DNA from: Cladosporium halotolerans | Lineage: Eukaryota | NCBI RefSeq assembly: GCF_011745625.1 | Contig: NW_027191458.1 | Coordinates: forward strand, 496,001 to 560,000 | Direction of reading: 5' to 3' | DNA: 64,000 nt | Part shown: positions 1 through 10,731 of the stretch, one piece after another | Layout of the letters: each line of letters starts with the position of its first letter | Position numbering within the stretch: the stretch's first letter is position 1 | Made by a program: the position numbers and the translations under genes | Notes under the pieces: model-generated | What the model was told of the DNA's origin: nothing | What the model saw: the letters and a program-made list of their open reading frames with translations, nothing else | Databases searched by the model: none

Positions 1-386
1 TGATGAGCCCCGATGGCAACTCCGGTCGCTTGATCGATCCAAGTCGCGCTGTCATCCGCACTAGCTTCGACAAGTTGCAGAACTTCACCTATCGAAAAGA
101 CCATTTTAATATCTATGTTGGCGACTCCACGACGGACCTGGACTGCCTCCTCGCCGCCGATCTTGGCATTTGCATCCGAGATGATCCGATGAGTTCTAGT
201 TCAAAAGCTCTGGCGGAGACGTTGGCGCGGTTGGGCTACGAAGTCCCGGATGTTAGCAGTCTTGCAATGAGCGACGAGGAAGCAAACTCGAGCACGAATT
301 TGTGCTGGGCGGAGAGTTTTGATGAGATCTTGGTTAACTTGGGAATGCTTGAGCGGAAGTCAAGAGCACCTTCGAAGGCAACATGA
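1..386 (+). CDS. HAD-like hydrolase, 3' part only (runs off the window start)
   Basis: Open frame from the window edge to TGA at 384-386; contains the HAD motif IV-like YVGDSTTDLDCLLAADLGI. Confidence 0.7.
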   Translation, partial: MSPDGNSGRLIDPSRAVIRTSFDKLQNFTYRKDHFNIYVGDSTTDLDCLLAADLGICIRDDPMSSSSKALAETLARLGYEVPDVSSLAMSDEEANSSTNLCWAESFDEILVNLGMLERKSRAPSKAT

Positions 387-1200
387 GAGAACCCGCACTA
401 CTGCGTTCGGCGTTTTTAGCGTACGGCCCTGGCTCAGATGCTGGTTCTATAACGTGGAGTTACAGGGCACCGATCGATCGCCGGGACTTGCGATGGTTAT
501 GTTCACTCAGCTCGGTCATCGGTTCGGGGCCGGTCATGGAAGCTGACGCCTTCGCGGACGAATAGACGGGACGCACAACCAAGCAGGTTGAGGGTCTCGG
601 TTTCCCGGTCGCTGGTAAAAATTGGAACGATGGAAATCTGTTGCGTCCACTCATGTCTATGGTGCAAGCTCAGCTAGGCCTGCAGCTGTCTATCGAGGAG
701 GTCTTGTACTGTGTGGTGCTTCCGCATGAGCCATCAGAGGCCGTTCCCAAGTCCCTGCATGGACGGTCAGCGGCTGTCATCAGCATTCTGAATGCTCTGA
801 CGCATGAAGGGAAGATAATGGGAAATCCAATACAAAACGATGTGAAGACACGAGGCCGTGCAAACTTTGGAAGATACGAGTGAGCGAGGTGCGACGGTGG
901 AATTGGCCCGAGTGGCCAAGATGGAGACAGATCAGAACCGAGAATAGTGCTTCAATGCCGACCAACCTTGTCTCCAGACTCTGAAGCATCTGACAACTTT
1001 TCAAGAGAAGAATATGATCGCCATGGCGGGCGGATACAATGAAGTACAAATGCTGGTCTTTTAGCCATCTGTCGAGTATAGAAGGCGGTCAATTCGTTTG
1101 CATTGGTGCAATACCAGACAATGTCCAATCAGTAAATACTCAAGCATTGCAGTCCGACCATGCTTGTTGTCGGATGGCTAGTGGGAACTAATTCAATATC

Positions 1201-1285
1201 TCATTGCGCCTCAACCGTATTCCCACTGACAAGAGCGTTCAAGCTAGCCTCTGTCGCTTGATCGTCTTCATCGTCCTCATCGCTG

Positions 1286-1319
<34 letters not shown>

Positions 1320-1752
1320 TCCCACCATCCATGAGATCGATCACCAAAACTGACCCCCGACTCATAGCATCCAGCTGAAACCCAGCCTTCAAAATGCTAT
1401 CGGCATCAAAAATACAAGCCGAGAAGTCGAGATTGATGTCTGCGTCTTTGAGCGCAAGACAGACCTGGCGAAAGTGCTCATGATGCGCGTCAGTGAGCTT
1501 TTCTTGATCTGTTTCAGGACCCGCGTTGTCGAAGATGAGAATGCCTTTCCGGAAGGGCAGGCAGAAGCATTCTCTGCTCTCTTTGGGCGTGATCGTCTCG
1601 ATCGCAGATGCTAGTTGCTCGGGTGCTGTTCTGGCCGTGGTGGCGAGTTTGGTGTAAATACGTCCGTTGAGAAGTGCGTTCGCGGCATTTGGGCTTTCCG
1701 GAGAGAAGATGAGAACATTCGGTGGCAAGGCTGGGAGTGCTGATTGTGTCAT
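1201..1752 (-). CDS. Hypothetical protein, 183 aa, with acidic poly-Asp tail
   Basis: ATG-started single ORF with globular-looking composition; poly-D encoded by a (GAT)n run. Confidence 0.65.
1286..1319. repeat. (TCA)n trinucleotide microsatellite encoding poly-Asp
   Basis: tcatcatcatca... run inside the 1201-1752 CDS. Confidence 0.9.
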
Positions 1753-1921
1753 TGTTGTTTTTCAGGCCTGTATAATAAGTTGGGGGCTGCTCCTCATCTC
1801 ATCCGCAGAATAGTCATACCGAGTTCTCATTTAGCAGTATGTCACGGAATGGCGACTAGGGCGAAAGCGAGCAGTGGTAACAACGAGATCTTCATGTCAC
1901 GCTTTGCGTTAGTGAGTGGTC

Positions 1922-1960
1922 AACCCTAACCCTACCACCTGATTCTTTACCCTAACCCTA
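1922..1960 (+). repeat. Two short interstitial telomere-type repeats (ACCCTAACCCTA x2), possible Myb/Tbf1-type binding sites
   Basis: aaccctaacccta at 1922-1934 and accctaacccta at 1949-1960, about 170-210 nt upstream of the divergent gene start at 1752. Confidence 0.55.
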
Positions 1961-2838
1961 GTATGCGGTGACCTACTCACGTTTCACGGGAGTTGTAGGT
2001 GTGTTTTCTGTAAAAGGAAAAATGGAGATGCTTTCAATTGTCTGACAATTTATGATTTGACCAATCGGCATATGTTTTTGGCTAGCATTCGATGGGAACT
2101 TGATATTTGCCCAAACAGAGCCCAGAAGCGTTCTGCAGCTTTTCACTCCCCTTGGCGAACGATATACGGTATTGTACAACGAATCAAATTCATTGGGCTC
2201 AAACGCCTTTAGACAGGCCGCTACTTGACTTGCGATCATATCACACTCTGGCCAGCCAACGACACTTTGCTTAGCGCATACAATGGTTTTCCGATCAGCA
2301 GGCAAAATTGCCGGTTTTCGCCCGAAACTGCGCCTGAGACAACAGCTGACGTGGTATAGTCTCTCACAGACGGACTGCATTTCTTTCAAGGATCACTAGT
2401 ACCCAAGGCTCAATCTGATGCAGTCACCTCACACTAATAAATTGGTGCATAAACGATACAGCCTCTGACACTCTAGGGTTGATCGTCGTCTTCGTGCCTG
2501 TTGAACCGGAACAAAAAGTGCCACCCCGCTTTCTTCCTTCAACCCCACCTTGTGAAATGATGATGGATCACAGGACATGGTTAGCCTTTACGAATACAGC
2601 AACACAACCGGCCAAAGAGGGGTTCATAACGCACTCGCAGATCACCAACCGAGGTAGGGGAGCTAGACGGCGAGCTCCTTCAGCGCAGCTGAGCATATGT
2701 CTGATGAGCATGTATTTGATCGTGCCTTCCCTTTATTAAGGGACGGCGTTGGCTTTCATCTCCATGTTCCATACTATACACCTAGATCCAGATCGACTGT
2801 GAGTTAGAGTATCTTACTATTAGTAGAACAAACGCAGC

Positions 2839-5005
2839 ATGGCTCCAGACTTGAACGCCGTCGCCGGCGGCGAGAGGTTCGACTACTCCCAGCCAGGCTC
2901 TACCGGTTACAACATCAGGAAGGATGCAACGTGGATGGATCCTCAGAACAGACGCTTGAGGGTGTTGAGCATCGGCGCGGGCGTCAGCGGCATCCTCATG
3001 GCGTACCAGATCCAGAAGATGTGCGAGAACGTCGAGCACGTGATTTACGAGAAGAACGAAGACATCGCCGGTAAGCAACCACGAAATATCTTTATATCGA
3101 GCGATGGCCGCTGAAGCTTTCCAGGTACTTGGTTGGAGAACAGATACCCAGGGTAGATGGGCTGCTTCCTGAGGGCGAGTAATCCTAAGCTGACGTTCCC
3201 AGTTGCGCGTGTGACATCCCCTCCCACGCCTACACCTATAACTTCGCATTGGTAAATGCTTTCCACAAGCTATAACCGTATCCAGCCAGCTGACTCACGA
3301 CACAGAACCCCGACTGGCCCCAGTTCTTCTCCAGAGCACCCGCCATTTTCGCCTATCTGGAGAAAATCGTGGAGACCTTCGACCTCCGCAAGTACATGAA
3401 CTTCCACTCTGAAGTCATCGGCTGCACGTGGAACGAGGAGAAAGGCGAATGGCTCGTCAAGATCCGCGAGCAGTCACCTGGGAAGGAGCCAAGGGAGTTC
3501 GAAGACCATTGCCATCTTCTACTACACGGCACTGGCATCCTGAACAACTACAAATGGCCTGACATCCCCGGCTTGAAAGACAAGTTTAGGGGCAAAGTGA
3601 TCCACACCGCGACCTGGCCGAAGGATTACCAAGAGGAGCAATGGGCCAACGACCGCGTCGCCATCATTGGTTCCGGCGCCTCGTCCATCCAGACCGTACC
3701 GACCATGCAGCCGCACACCAAGCATCTGGACGTTTTCGTCCGGACGGGCGTCTGGTTCGTCCAGATGGCGGACCATACCGGGTATAACAAGCCCTATTCT
3801 CAAGAGCAGCGTGACGCTTTCCGTAAGGACCCCAAAGCCCTCGTCGCAGAGGCAAAAAACATCGAGGATCAGATCAACGGCCTATGGGGCGCCTTCTTCG
3901 AAGGCTCGGAGGAGCAGAAGGGCGCGCAGGAGCTGTTCCGCGCACGAATGGCGGAGTGGATCAAAGACGAGCGGCTACTGAAGGGTTTCACGCCGAAGTT
4001 CGATGTTGGATGTCGCAGGATCACGCCTGGCGATCCGTATATGCTTGCTATCCAGGAGAAAAATGTGGATGTCCACTTCACTCCTGTCGTGAGGTGCACT
4101 GAAGATGGTGTCGTCGGTGAAGACGGGGTGGAGAGGAAGGTGGACACGATTGTTTGCGCGACAGGCTTTGACGTCTCGTACAAGCCAAGGTTCCCTATAG
4201 TCGGCAAGGATGGAGTCGACCTGGCGGACAAGTGGAAGGTTTGCCCGGAAGCGTATTTGGGTGTCTGCGTTCCCTCGATGCCCAACTTTGTCACCTTCAT
4301 CGGGCCTAGCTGGCCTGTCGAGAGGTAAGTAATCATCGACCAACTGAACTCCCAGCGTAATCGTGTGCTAATAGACTCGCAGTATGTCAGGAAAGCTAAT
4401 TTATCGACCATAGAGGGCAAGCTAACGTATCCCGCAGATGGCAGCGTAATGGGTCCCTTGCAAGCAGTCGCCGACTATACGATCCAATGGATCAAGAAGA
4501 TGCAAAACGAGAACCTGCGCAGCTTTGCGCCTAGGCAGGAAATCACTGATCAGTTCAACGAGCATGTCCAAGTGAGCAATAAGAGCCTGTCTCCTCGTTT
4601 GAGCGTACCAATTGACCGTTTTGTCAGGAATGGATCAAACACACCGTTTGGAAATCAGACTGCCGCAGCTGGTACAAGAACAATGAGACCGGCCGCGTCA
4701 ACGCCGTCTTCCCGGGCTCCAGCCTGCACTACATGAAGCTGCTGGGCGTGCCGCGCTACGAAGACTTCGAGATTAAGAGCTTCAGCAAGAACCCTTGGGA
4801 ATTTTTGGGATTAGGCTGGACTGTCGAGGGGAGGAAGGGCCCGGCTGAAGCGGACTGCAGCCCGTACCTAGCGTTGGGCAGTGTGGACCCGAAGTGGTAT
4901 GAGGCGTGCGGTGGAGATGTGAAGGTTCTGAAGGAGTTAGCTCAGCAGGAGAGGGAGAGAGAAAGGGAGGTGGAGGGAGGGAAATGGGTTGAGAGGAAAC
5001 TTTGA
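2839..5005 (+). CDS. Baeyer-Villiger / flavin-dependent monooxygenase (class B FMO, StcW/MoxY-like). Exons 2839-3070, 3125-3152, 3203-3251, 3306-4323, 4438-4571, 4628-5005
   Basis: GAGVSG Rossmann motif; [18 protein letters not shown] after splicing; BVMO fingerprint [12 protein letters not shown]; second Rossmann GSGASS; ATGF; WPVENGSVMGPL only after stwintron removal; C-terminal CRSWYK. Confidence 0.92.
4324..4437 (+). other. [D1,2] spliceosomal twin intron (stwintron): internal intron 4325-4382 nested between nt 1 and 2 of the external intron donor
   Basis: G|GTAAGT...GCTAAT...CGCAG|TATGT...GCTAAC...CGCAG. Removing 4325-4382 creates the donor GTATGT, and removing both introns restores the reading frame. 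Confidence 0.85.
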
Positions 5006-5350
5006 AGGGAAATCAAATCTTCTTCTGGCTTGGAGGATCTCTAGCGCTCCTCCATAGACGTACGATAAGTCGGTTTGTATTGTATTACCCGCATTGCTGT
5101 AGCTCCGAAACCACTGACTGCAGTCAAGGTGGCGCGCAATTATCACATGGTAGCGATCGCAGCCACCTCGAAAGACTCGGCGTCGGGCACACCTGGTGTG
5201 TATTCACTTCACTTCGCGCGGCAAGCTTTGACGTTTTGCGCTGGGCCGAATTTTGCTGCCTGAGAGTTTAAATCGCTATTGTGCTCTTCACCATCGAAGC
5301 TACCTCTTCCTACCGCACAACACTTATCAAACAACACCAACAACGGCACG

Positions 5351-6835
5351 ATGGCCAGCGAAAGCATCGAAGCCTCCGCTGCGGGACCCTCACAGACCTC
5401 GCGCAAGCGCATAGCCGACCATCAAGGCAATGACGTGCTCATCATTTGCCCACCGGGACTCAAGTCAACACACAAAGATGATGCTGGATTTGCACCCTTT
5501 CCAATTCAGATCTACATCCTCGACAGCGTGGCAGTCGATGCAAAGGACGTGGAAGCCAATGACATCCCCAAAAGGGTCGGCTCTTTGATCGAGCGCGTCA
5601 TTTCAACGCAACAAAGACCCGTCGAATGCCATCTTCAGCTCTACTTGAAGCCACAAAGATCTATCTTGACGTGCTTAGCACATACGAAATTTGAGACAGT
5701 CCACCGCAACCGTCATGGTATCTGGCCACTGATGGTGCCGCAACCTCCGGCCAGGCCGCTGATAAAGCAAGAGTTTCCGGGATACCATCGGTTCAACCAT
5801 CACAGCTTCTTCTTGGTCATCGACAGATGTGACTGGGAGAAGTCGTTTACGTTGGTCGATTTTGTATGGGAAGACTGGTGGAGCGGCGGCCGAGGGACCA
5901 AGCTGCTTGATGCCAAGCAATTCAATGACATACCAGAAGCACTCGAACAGAATGCACAAAGCAGTTCGAGAGACATCGAAAGGCGCGAACATAGTTCTCA
6001 AGCGAGCCACGCCCTCTCGGAGCAACTATGGTCAATAAACTTTGATCATATGTCTGGATATTTGCGGAAGTGTTACAAGAGCGATACTTCTCCTGGACTG
6101 CTACCAGCGACCCTTGATCATTTCAGATCAAACTTAAGGCTTGCGGAAAAGACGCCAATGAGTCCAAGGAATGAGCCCGTAAATACATGCATGTACACCG
6201 ACTGTGGTGGCATCAACGTCACGTCAGTATGGGCCCAACGGTATGGCTCTGATCGGCCCAAGCTCTCTGTCAGACTCTACCTCGCTGAAGATTGTCCGTT
6301 CTGGCCTGCCGAGGAGTATTACGACATTATCAACCACTTTGACAGATGCGAGACTCCATGGACTTTAGATATTTCTGAAGGGCGGTGGGCTCTTGAAGAA
6401 GCACACGGACACAACACTCAAGATTCATACAAACGCAGACCGACATCTCACCGGCGCCGGGGGCCTACAATGGCAATGATTTTGGCAAAGACTCTGCCCC
6501 AAGAAATGCCTCAAGAGCTCTTTTACCAAATCATGTCATACTTCGCAGTTCCTCTGGTGCCTGATTGGAGCCCATACGCTCCAAAAGTTGCACCGAGATT
6601 CCAAGATGTTTTCCTTTTCCTCAACGCTGCATATGTCACCCAACTTCCACACCAGCGGCCATTGGCCTATTCGGTGACTTCTCAGGACCTTCGGTTGCCG
6701 CTGACAGTAGCTGAGGGCCGAAGCGCAATGACGATCACCGTCTTGGACAAATATGGGAGCATTCAGCGCCAGATACAAGAACTTGTGAGAGGGGCTACTC
6801 GCGATCCTGCAGTACTTTCCTCCATTCTGGAGTAA
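5351..6835 (+). CDS. Hypothetical (probably lineage-specific) protein, about 494 aa
   Basis: Long uninterrupted ORF with first ATG at 5351. Weak F-box-like stretch LPQEMPQELFYQIMSY near the C-terminus. The 3' end could be spliced (GTAAGC at 6832). Confidence 0.55.
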   Translation: MASESIEASAAGPSQTSRKRIADHQGNDVLIICPPGLKSTHKDDAGFAPFPIQIYILDSVAVDAKDVEANDIPKRVGSLIERVISTQQRPVECHLQLYLKPQRSILTCLAHTKFETVHRNRHGIWPLMVPQPPARPLIKQEFPGYHRFNHHSFFLVIDRCDWEKSFTLVDFVWEDWWSGGRGTKLLDAKQFNDIPEALEQNAQSSSRDIERREHSSQASHALSEQLWSINFDHMSGYLRKCYKSDTSPGLLPATLDHFRSNLRLAEKTPMSPRNEPVNTCMYTDCGGINVTSVWAQRYGSDRPKLSVRLYLAEDCPFWPAEEYYDIINHFDRCETPWTLDISEGRWALEEAHGHNTQDSYKRRPTSHRRRGPTMAMILAKTLPQEMPQELFYQIMSYFAVPLVPDWSPYAPKVAPRFQDVFLFLNAAYVTQLPHQRPLAYSVTSQDLRLPLTVAEGRSAMTITVLDKYGSIQRQIQELVRGATRDPAVLSSILE

Positions 6836-7467
6836 GCTCACTCAGGCCTGCAGGTGATGGAGTCAAGCATGAATTCTGAAATTGCACATCACTGCGTCCA
6901 TTGTCGTGTGCCAATTTCGAATGAAAAGATATTCCAAGTACGTCAATGCGGCCAGGACATCAGGGTAGCAACAAGGCCATGCCTCACTGGTAGCTGGAGT
7001 TGTAGGTAGAGCCGAATAAAACAAACTGTATCTTGACTGTCAACGTAATCAAGCGTTCTCGTGCGCGTCGAAATCGGTCAGTGACCATGATAGAGAAGTA
7101 CGTGTGAAAGAATGCCAGGTACTAACGCAAGGCAGTGTAGCAGTGTCTTCTTGCCAAATGCGCTGCGATGCATCCCAGGAATGACTGCCAGCCGTATGGT
7201 GCTTCGCAGTTCCCACGCCAGACTGATTGTGACGAGAATCGTTGCTTCCTTAACTTCGAGCTGCGTCGATAAGTTCGAGAGGTAGGTACCTAGGTAGGTA
7301 AATAGTAACCTCGAATGTACTCGCTCTGCATCTTCCATGACCGGAGCAGCATTGAGACGTCATCTTACCAACGATCACCCTCGCTTTATTGATCGTGCAA
7401 CCATTTGATTCACTGCGTATCTACTCTTCGCTATTGGCACCAGCCCAGTAGCGTCCATTCGACAACA

Positions 7468-8259
7468 ATGGCTCGGGACATCAACAAACAAGACTTCCCT
7501 GGTCGTGCCATCATCACCGGATCCACTAAAGAACAACACCCATCGAGACGTAGTATTCCCGCGCCCGCTCCACGAGGCTATCCAATTGCATCTACCACGC
7601 CGTTGCATATGCACAGCGACCGAAAACCTCGCGCACGAACTCGAATCGCAAAGCCGGATGTCAAGCATACGAGTAAGCAGCCAGCTCTTTCCAACGAGGC
7701 GCCCACAATCCTATATCAAAGACCACCTGCATCCGCAGGAAGAGACATCGAAGCCGTAGGGTTTCATGCTGCCGCATACCCACCAAAGATGGCGCCCGGT
7801 GGCCCACCAGCTGTAGATAATGGCAACAGAGAACAACATCGCAAAGTCAAGGAGACGGAGCGGGAGCAGCCACGGGGAGTGATCACACCACGCTCGAACT
7901 CAGGAAGCGATTGTCCGACGCAATTGCCTTACCGTGATGACAAACTTGACGAAGGATCCGTCTCCAACACAGATGCTTACATCCCCAGACGCAGCCAGCG
8001 TCTGTCCTCGCTACGATTAAGCCAGGAGGACTCGGGCCAGGACGCGGTTGCAGTCGCCTTCCCGGAGTTGCTTGCCAAGATTGAAGGAGCGGTCTGCACA
8101 CGTCACAACCGCATCGGGATCTGGGCGTTGCATTTGCTTATGGTGAATCATCCTCTCATGTACAAATATTTTTGGAGCAGCCTGAAAGAGAAGGTCGAGG
8201 CTGGAGATCGCTGTATTGAGAACGAGCTGTTGTGGAGGAAGTTCGTAGAATTGAGTTGA
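7468..8259 (+). CDS. Hypothetical orphan protein, disordered N-terminus and helical C-terminus
   Basis: About 263-codon ORF from ATG 7468 in ACAATG context; no recognisable domain. Confidence 0.4.
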   Translation: MARDINKQDFPGRAIITGSTKEQHPSRRSIPAPAPRGYPIASTTPLHMHSDRKPRARTRIAKPDVKHTSKQPALSNEAPTILYQRPPASAGRDIEAVGFHAAAYPPKMAPGGPPAVDNGNREQHRKVKETEREQPRGVITPRSNSGSDCPTQLPYRDDKLDEGSVSNTDAYIPRRSQRLSSLRLSQEDSGQDAVAVAFPELLAKIEGAVCTRHNRIGIWALHLLMVNHPLMYKYFWSSLKEKVEAGDRCIENELLWRKFVELS

Positions 8260-8370
8260 CGAGAGACGTCTGGAGCCGAGCGCAGTGCAAACGCAAGAAG
8301 GGTCTGGCGTATGTCGGGAGGAGGACGTTCGTCGCCGATGCAGGGCTTGCTCTCAATGTCGTCGGTCTCT

Positions 8371-10215
8371 TCAATCACCATCAGGGTTCAGTAATAACGA
8401 CTCGTCTTCGTCGTCATCTTCTTGGTGCTTTCCATTCCCACTCTCTGTTTCCTCTTGAGCATTACGATTGCCAGACGTGCGACATGCTTTCTCCTCTTTG
8501 GTGTTCGGTGATCCAGTCACCATCTGTTCCTCATCGTCCACGTCCGGATCGATCTTGTCACCAAGATTGCTCTCTCCAAGGAACTTTCTCTCCTTCAAGC
8601 CCTCAGGCAAGTACTCCTGGGAGACTCTACCCTCCCTAAAGTCAGGGTTGTACTTGTACTCTCCACCATAGCCCAGCTCTTTCATCAGCTTCGTTGGCGC
8701 GTTGCGCAAATGAATCGGAACCGGCAAGCTCGCAACGCCCGGCTCCTTCAAAGCACTGTAAGCTGCGTTCAACCCTCTGTACGCGCGCACCGACTTGGGA
8801 GCCAGAGCCAGTGCTACGGCGCAATGGCCGAGGTTGATGCGACATTCGGGCATGCCGATCTTCTCGGCCGCAGAGTAAGTGGCGGTGGCGAGAGAAAGCA
8901 TGGAGTTATCCGCCAATCCGACGTCTTCGGACGCGATTACGACCATGCGGCGGGCGATGTAGAGCGGGTCTTCACCTGACTGGAGCATGCGGGCAAGGTA
9001 GTACAGAGTGGCGTCTGGATTTGAGCCGCGGACGGATTTGTGGAAGGCGGAGATGGTGTCGTAGTGTTGATCGCCAGCGCGGTCGTAGACGAGGGTTTGC
9101 GTTAGGGAGGCTTTGATGCTTTCGATTGTGGTGGCAGGGTTGGTCGTGAGATCGAGAGCGAGCTCCAGCAGGTTGAGAGCGGTTCGTGCATCGCCTGCAG
9201 CGAAGGTTGAGAGGTAGCGGAGGAGGGCGTAGTCGGAATCGGTGAGGAGGTGGTGGCTGTTGGAGGACGTAGATGAGGCTGGGTCTTCGGATGATGGAGG
9301 GCTCGAAGTTGCTGACGAGAGTTGTGGGATCTCCCTGAACAAAGATCGTTTCAAGATCTCGAAGATATCCTCGTCCCCCAACTTACACAGTGTAAATGTC
9401 CGGCATCGACTCAACAGCGCGCTCACAACTTTGAAGCTCGGGTTTTCCGTCGTTGCGCCAATCAATGTGACTTGCCCTGCCTCAACAGGCGCAAGAAAGA
9501 CGTCCTGTTGGCTCTTACTAAACCTGTGTATCTCATCGCAGAATATGATCGTCTTCCGCCCGGTCAAACGCAACTCATTCTTTGCCTCATCAAACAACCT
9601 CTTACATTCCCCAACACCACTAGATGTGCTGTTGATCTCCACAAACCGACATCCAGCTGTCTGCGCAATCAATCGTGCAATTGTAGTCTTTCCTGTTCCC
9701 GGACCTCCCCAAAGCACCATCGACGGAACTCTGTCCGTCACGATCAAGCCGCGAAGCACTCCATTCGGCCCAACAAGCTCTTGCCCAGCGACTTCATCCA
9801 GAGTCTGGGGTCGCATCCGCTCGGCTAGAGGAGCATGGCTGTTCTTTGCTTTCTTCAGTGCTGGAGCAGATGTAGCCTTTTGGTCTTGTACAGAGGCCTG
9901 AGCATCTTCGTCTGAGGCGGGTCGTTTCGTACCATTCACTGGTTGGGTCGAAAAAACCGGAGGCGCAGGTTTCGCCGAGGGTGCTTGCTGAGTGCTGCTG
10001 AAGCCATTTTGGAGTGGTGAATGACTCGATGGCTGCTCTCTGAAGCTGGCCGACCGTTTGGCGGCGGGCGTAGAAAAGAAAGCCGCAGTCTTCGCTTTGG
10101 GTTGGGTCGCCGGCGGCGGTGATGGTTCGTCGATAAAGTCCCGGCAGTCGGAGTCCAGGTGCCTGTTGATGTTCCTCTCTTTGACTGGCTTGTCACAGAT
10201 CGGACAGTGCACCAT
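8371..10215 (-). CDS. MGS1: DNA-dependent AAA+ ATPase Mgs1/WRNIP1 (RarA family)
   Basis: N-terminal UBZ finger CPIC...INRHLDSDC; PLAERMRP; Walker A GGPGTGKTT; Walker B DEIHRF; GATTENP; YDRAGDQHYDTISAFHKSVRGS; VPIHLRNAPT. Confidence 0.96.
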   Translation of the reverse strand: MVHCPICDKPVKERNINRHLDSDCRDFIDEPSPPPATQPKAKTAAFFSTPAAKRSASFREQPSSHSPLQNGFSSTQQAPSAKPAPPVFSTQPVNGTKRPASDEDAQASVQDQKATSAPALKKAKNSHAPLAERMRPQTLDEVAGQELVGPNGVLRGLIVTDRVPSMVLWGGPGTGKTTIARLIAQTAGCRFVEINSTSSGVGECKRLFDEAKNELRLTGRKTIIFCDEIHRFSKSQQDVFLAPVEAGQVTLIGATTENPSFKVVSALLSRCRTFTLCKLGDEDIFEILKRSLFREIPQLSSATSSPPSSEDPASSTSSNSHHLLTDSDYALLRYLSTFAAGDARTALNLLELALDLTTNPATTIESIKASLTQTLVYDRAGDQHYDTISAFHKSVRGSNPDATLYYLARMLQSGEDPLYIARRMVVIASEDVGLADNSMLSLATATYSAAEKIGMPECRINLGHCAVALALAPKSVRAYRGLNAAYSALKEPGVASLPVPIHLRNAPTKLMKELGYGGEYKYNPDFREGRVSQEYLPEGLKERKFLGESNLGDKIDPDVDDEEQMVTGSPNTKEEKACRTSGNRNAQEETESGNGKHQEDDDEDESLLLNPDGD

Positions 10216-10731
10216 TTGGAGCAGAGAGTAAGATTGTTAGCGAATGGGACAGCTATTTGCTACCTAGTACCTGCGTTTTGCGAGCGCGCTTTGGGAGACG
10301 CGACTTTCGCGCAGCGGACACGCCAAGGCCGAGGTGACGTGAGTGCCGCGGGGCAGGCTTTCAGGGTTCAAAGCATGCAGGGCTCAGTGATGAGGAGCTC
10401 GAAAGGAAGAGAAAACCGGTGCGGAGCCACGTGGTCAGAATGAGATTCTGGAACCTCTGGAAAAGAGATGTTCAGAAGGAGAGGTATCAGGGGGCACAAA
10501 CGCCAGGCAATGAGCCATGAAGCATGTATCTCTCGGCACCTCAAGTAGGTGAGGAGCGGTCACAAGTGCCGTAGAAACAGGCAATGCAATGGGAGAACCA
10601 CGATGCAAGATGTTATGAACATGTCCATACTTTCATTGGATTTCCCTAGTCAAGGCAGTTTGCTTTTTCGTATTCCCGTGGCCGCTTGAGCGTCCGACGC
10701 CGTCTATAGAGAGCTTGGAAGTGTCCGAAGC

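Noticed and set aside
4395..4413. Alternative branch and acceptor GCTAAT...CCATAG inside the external stwintron intron
   Set aside because: Would give an external intron of only about 32 nt, below the usual minimum; the distal GCTAAC...CAG gives the conserved protein motif.
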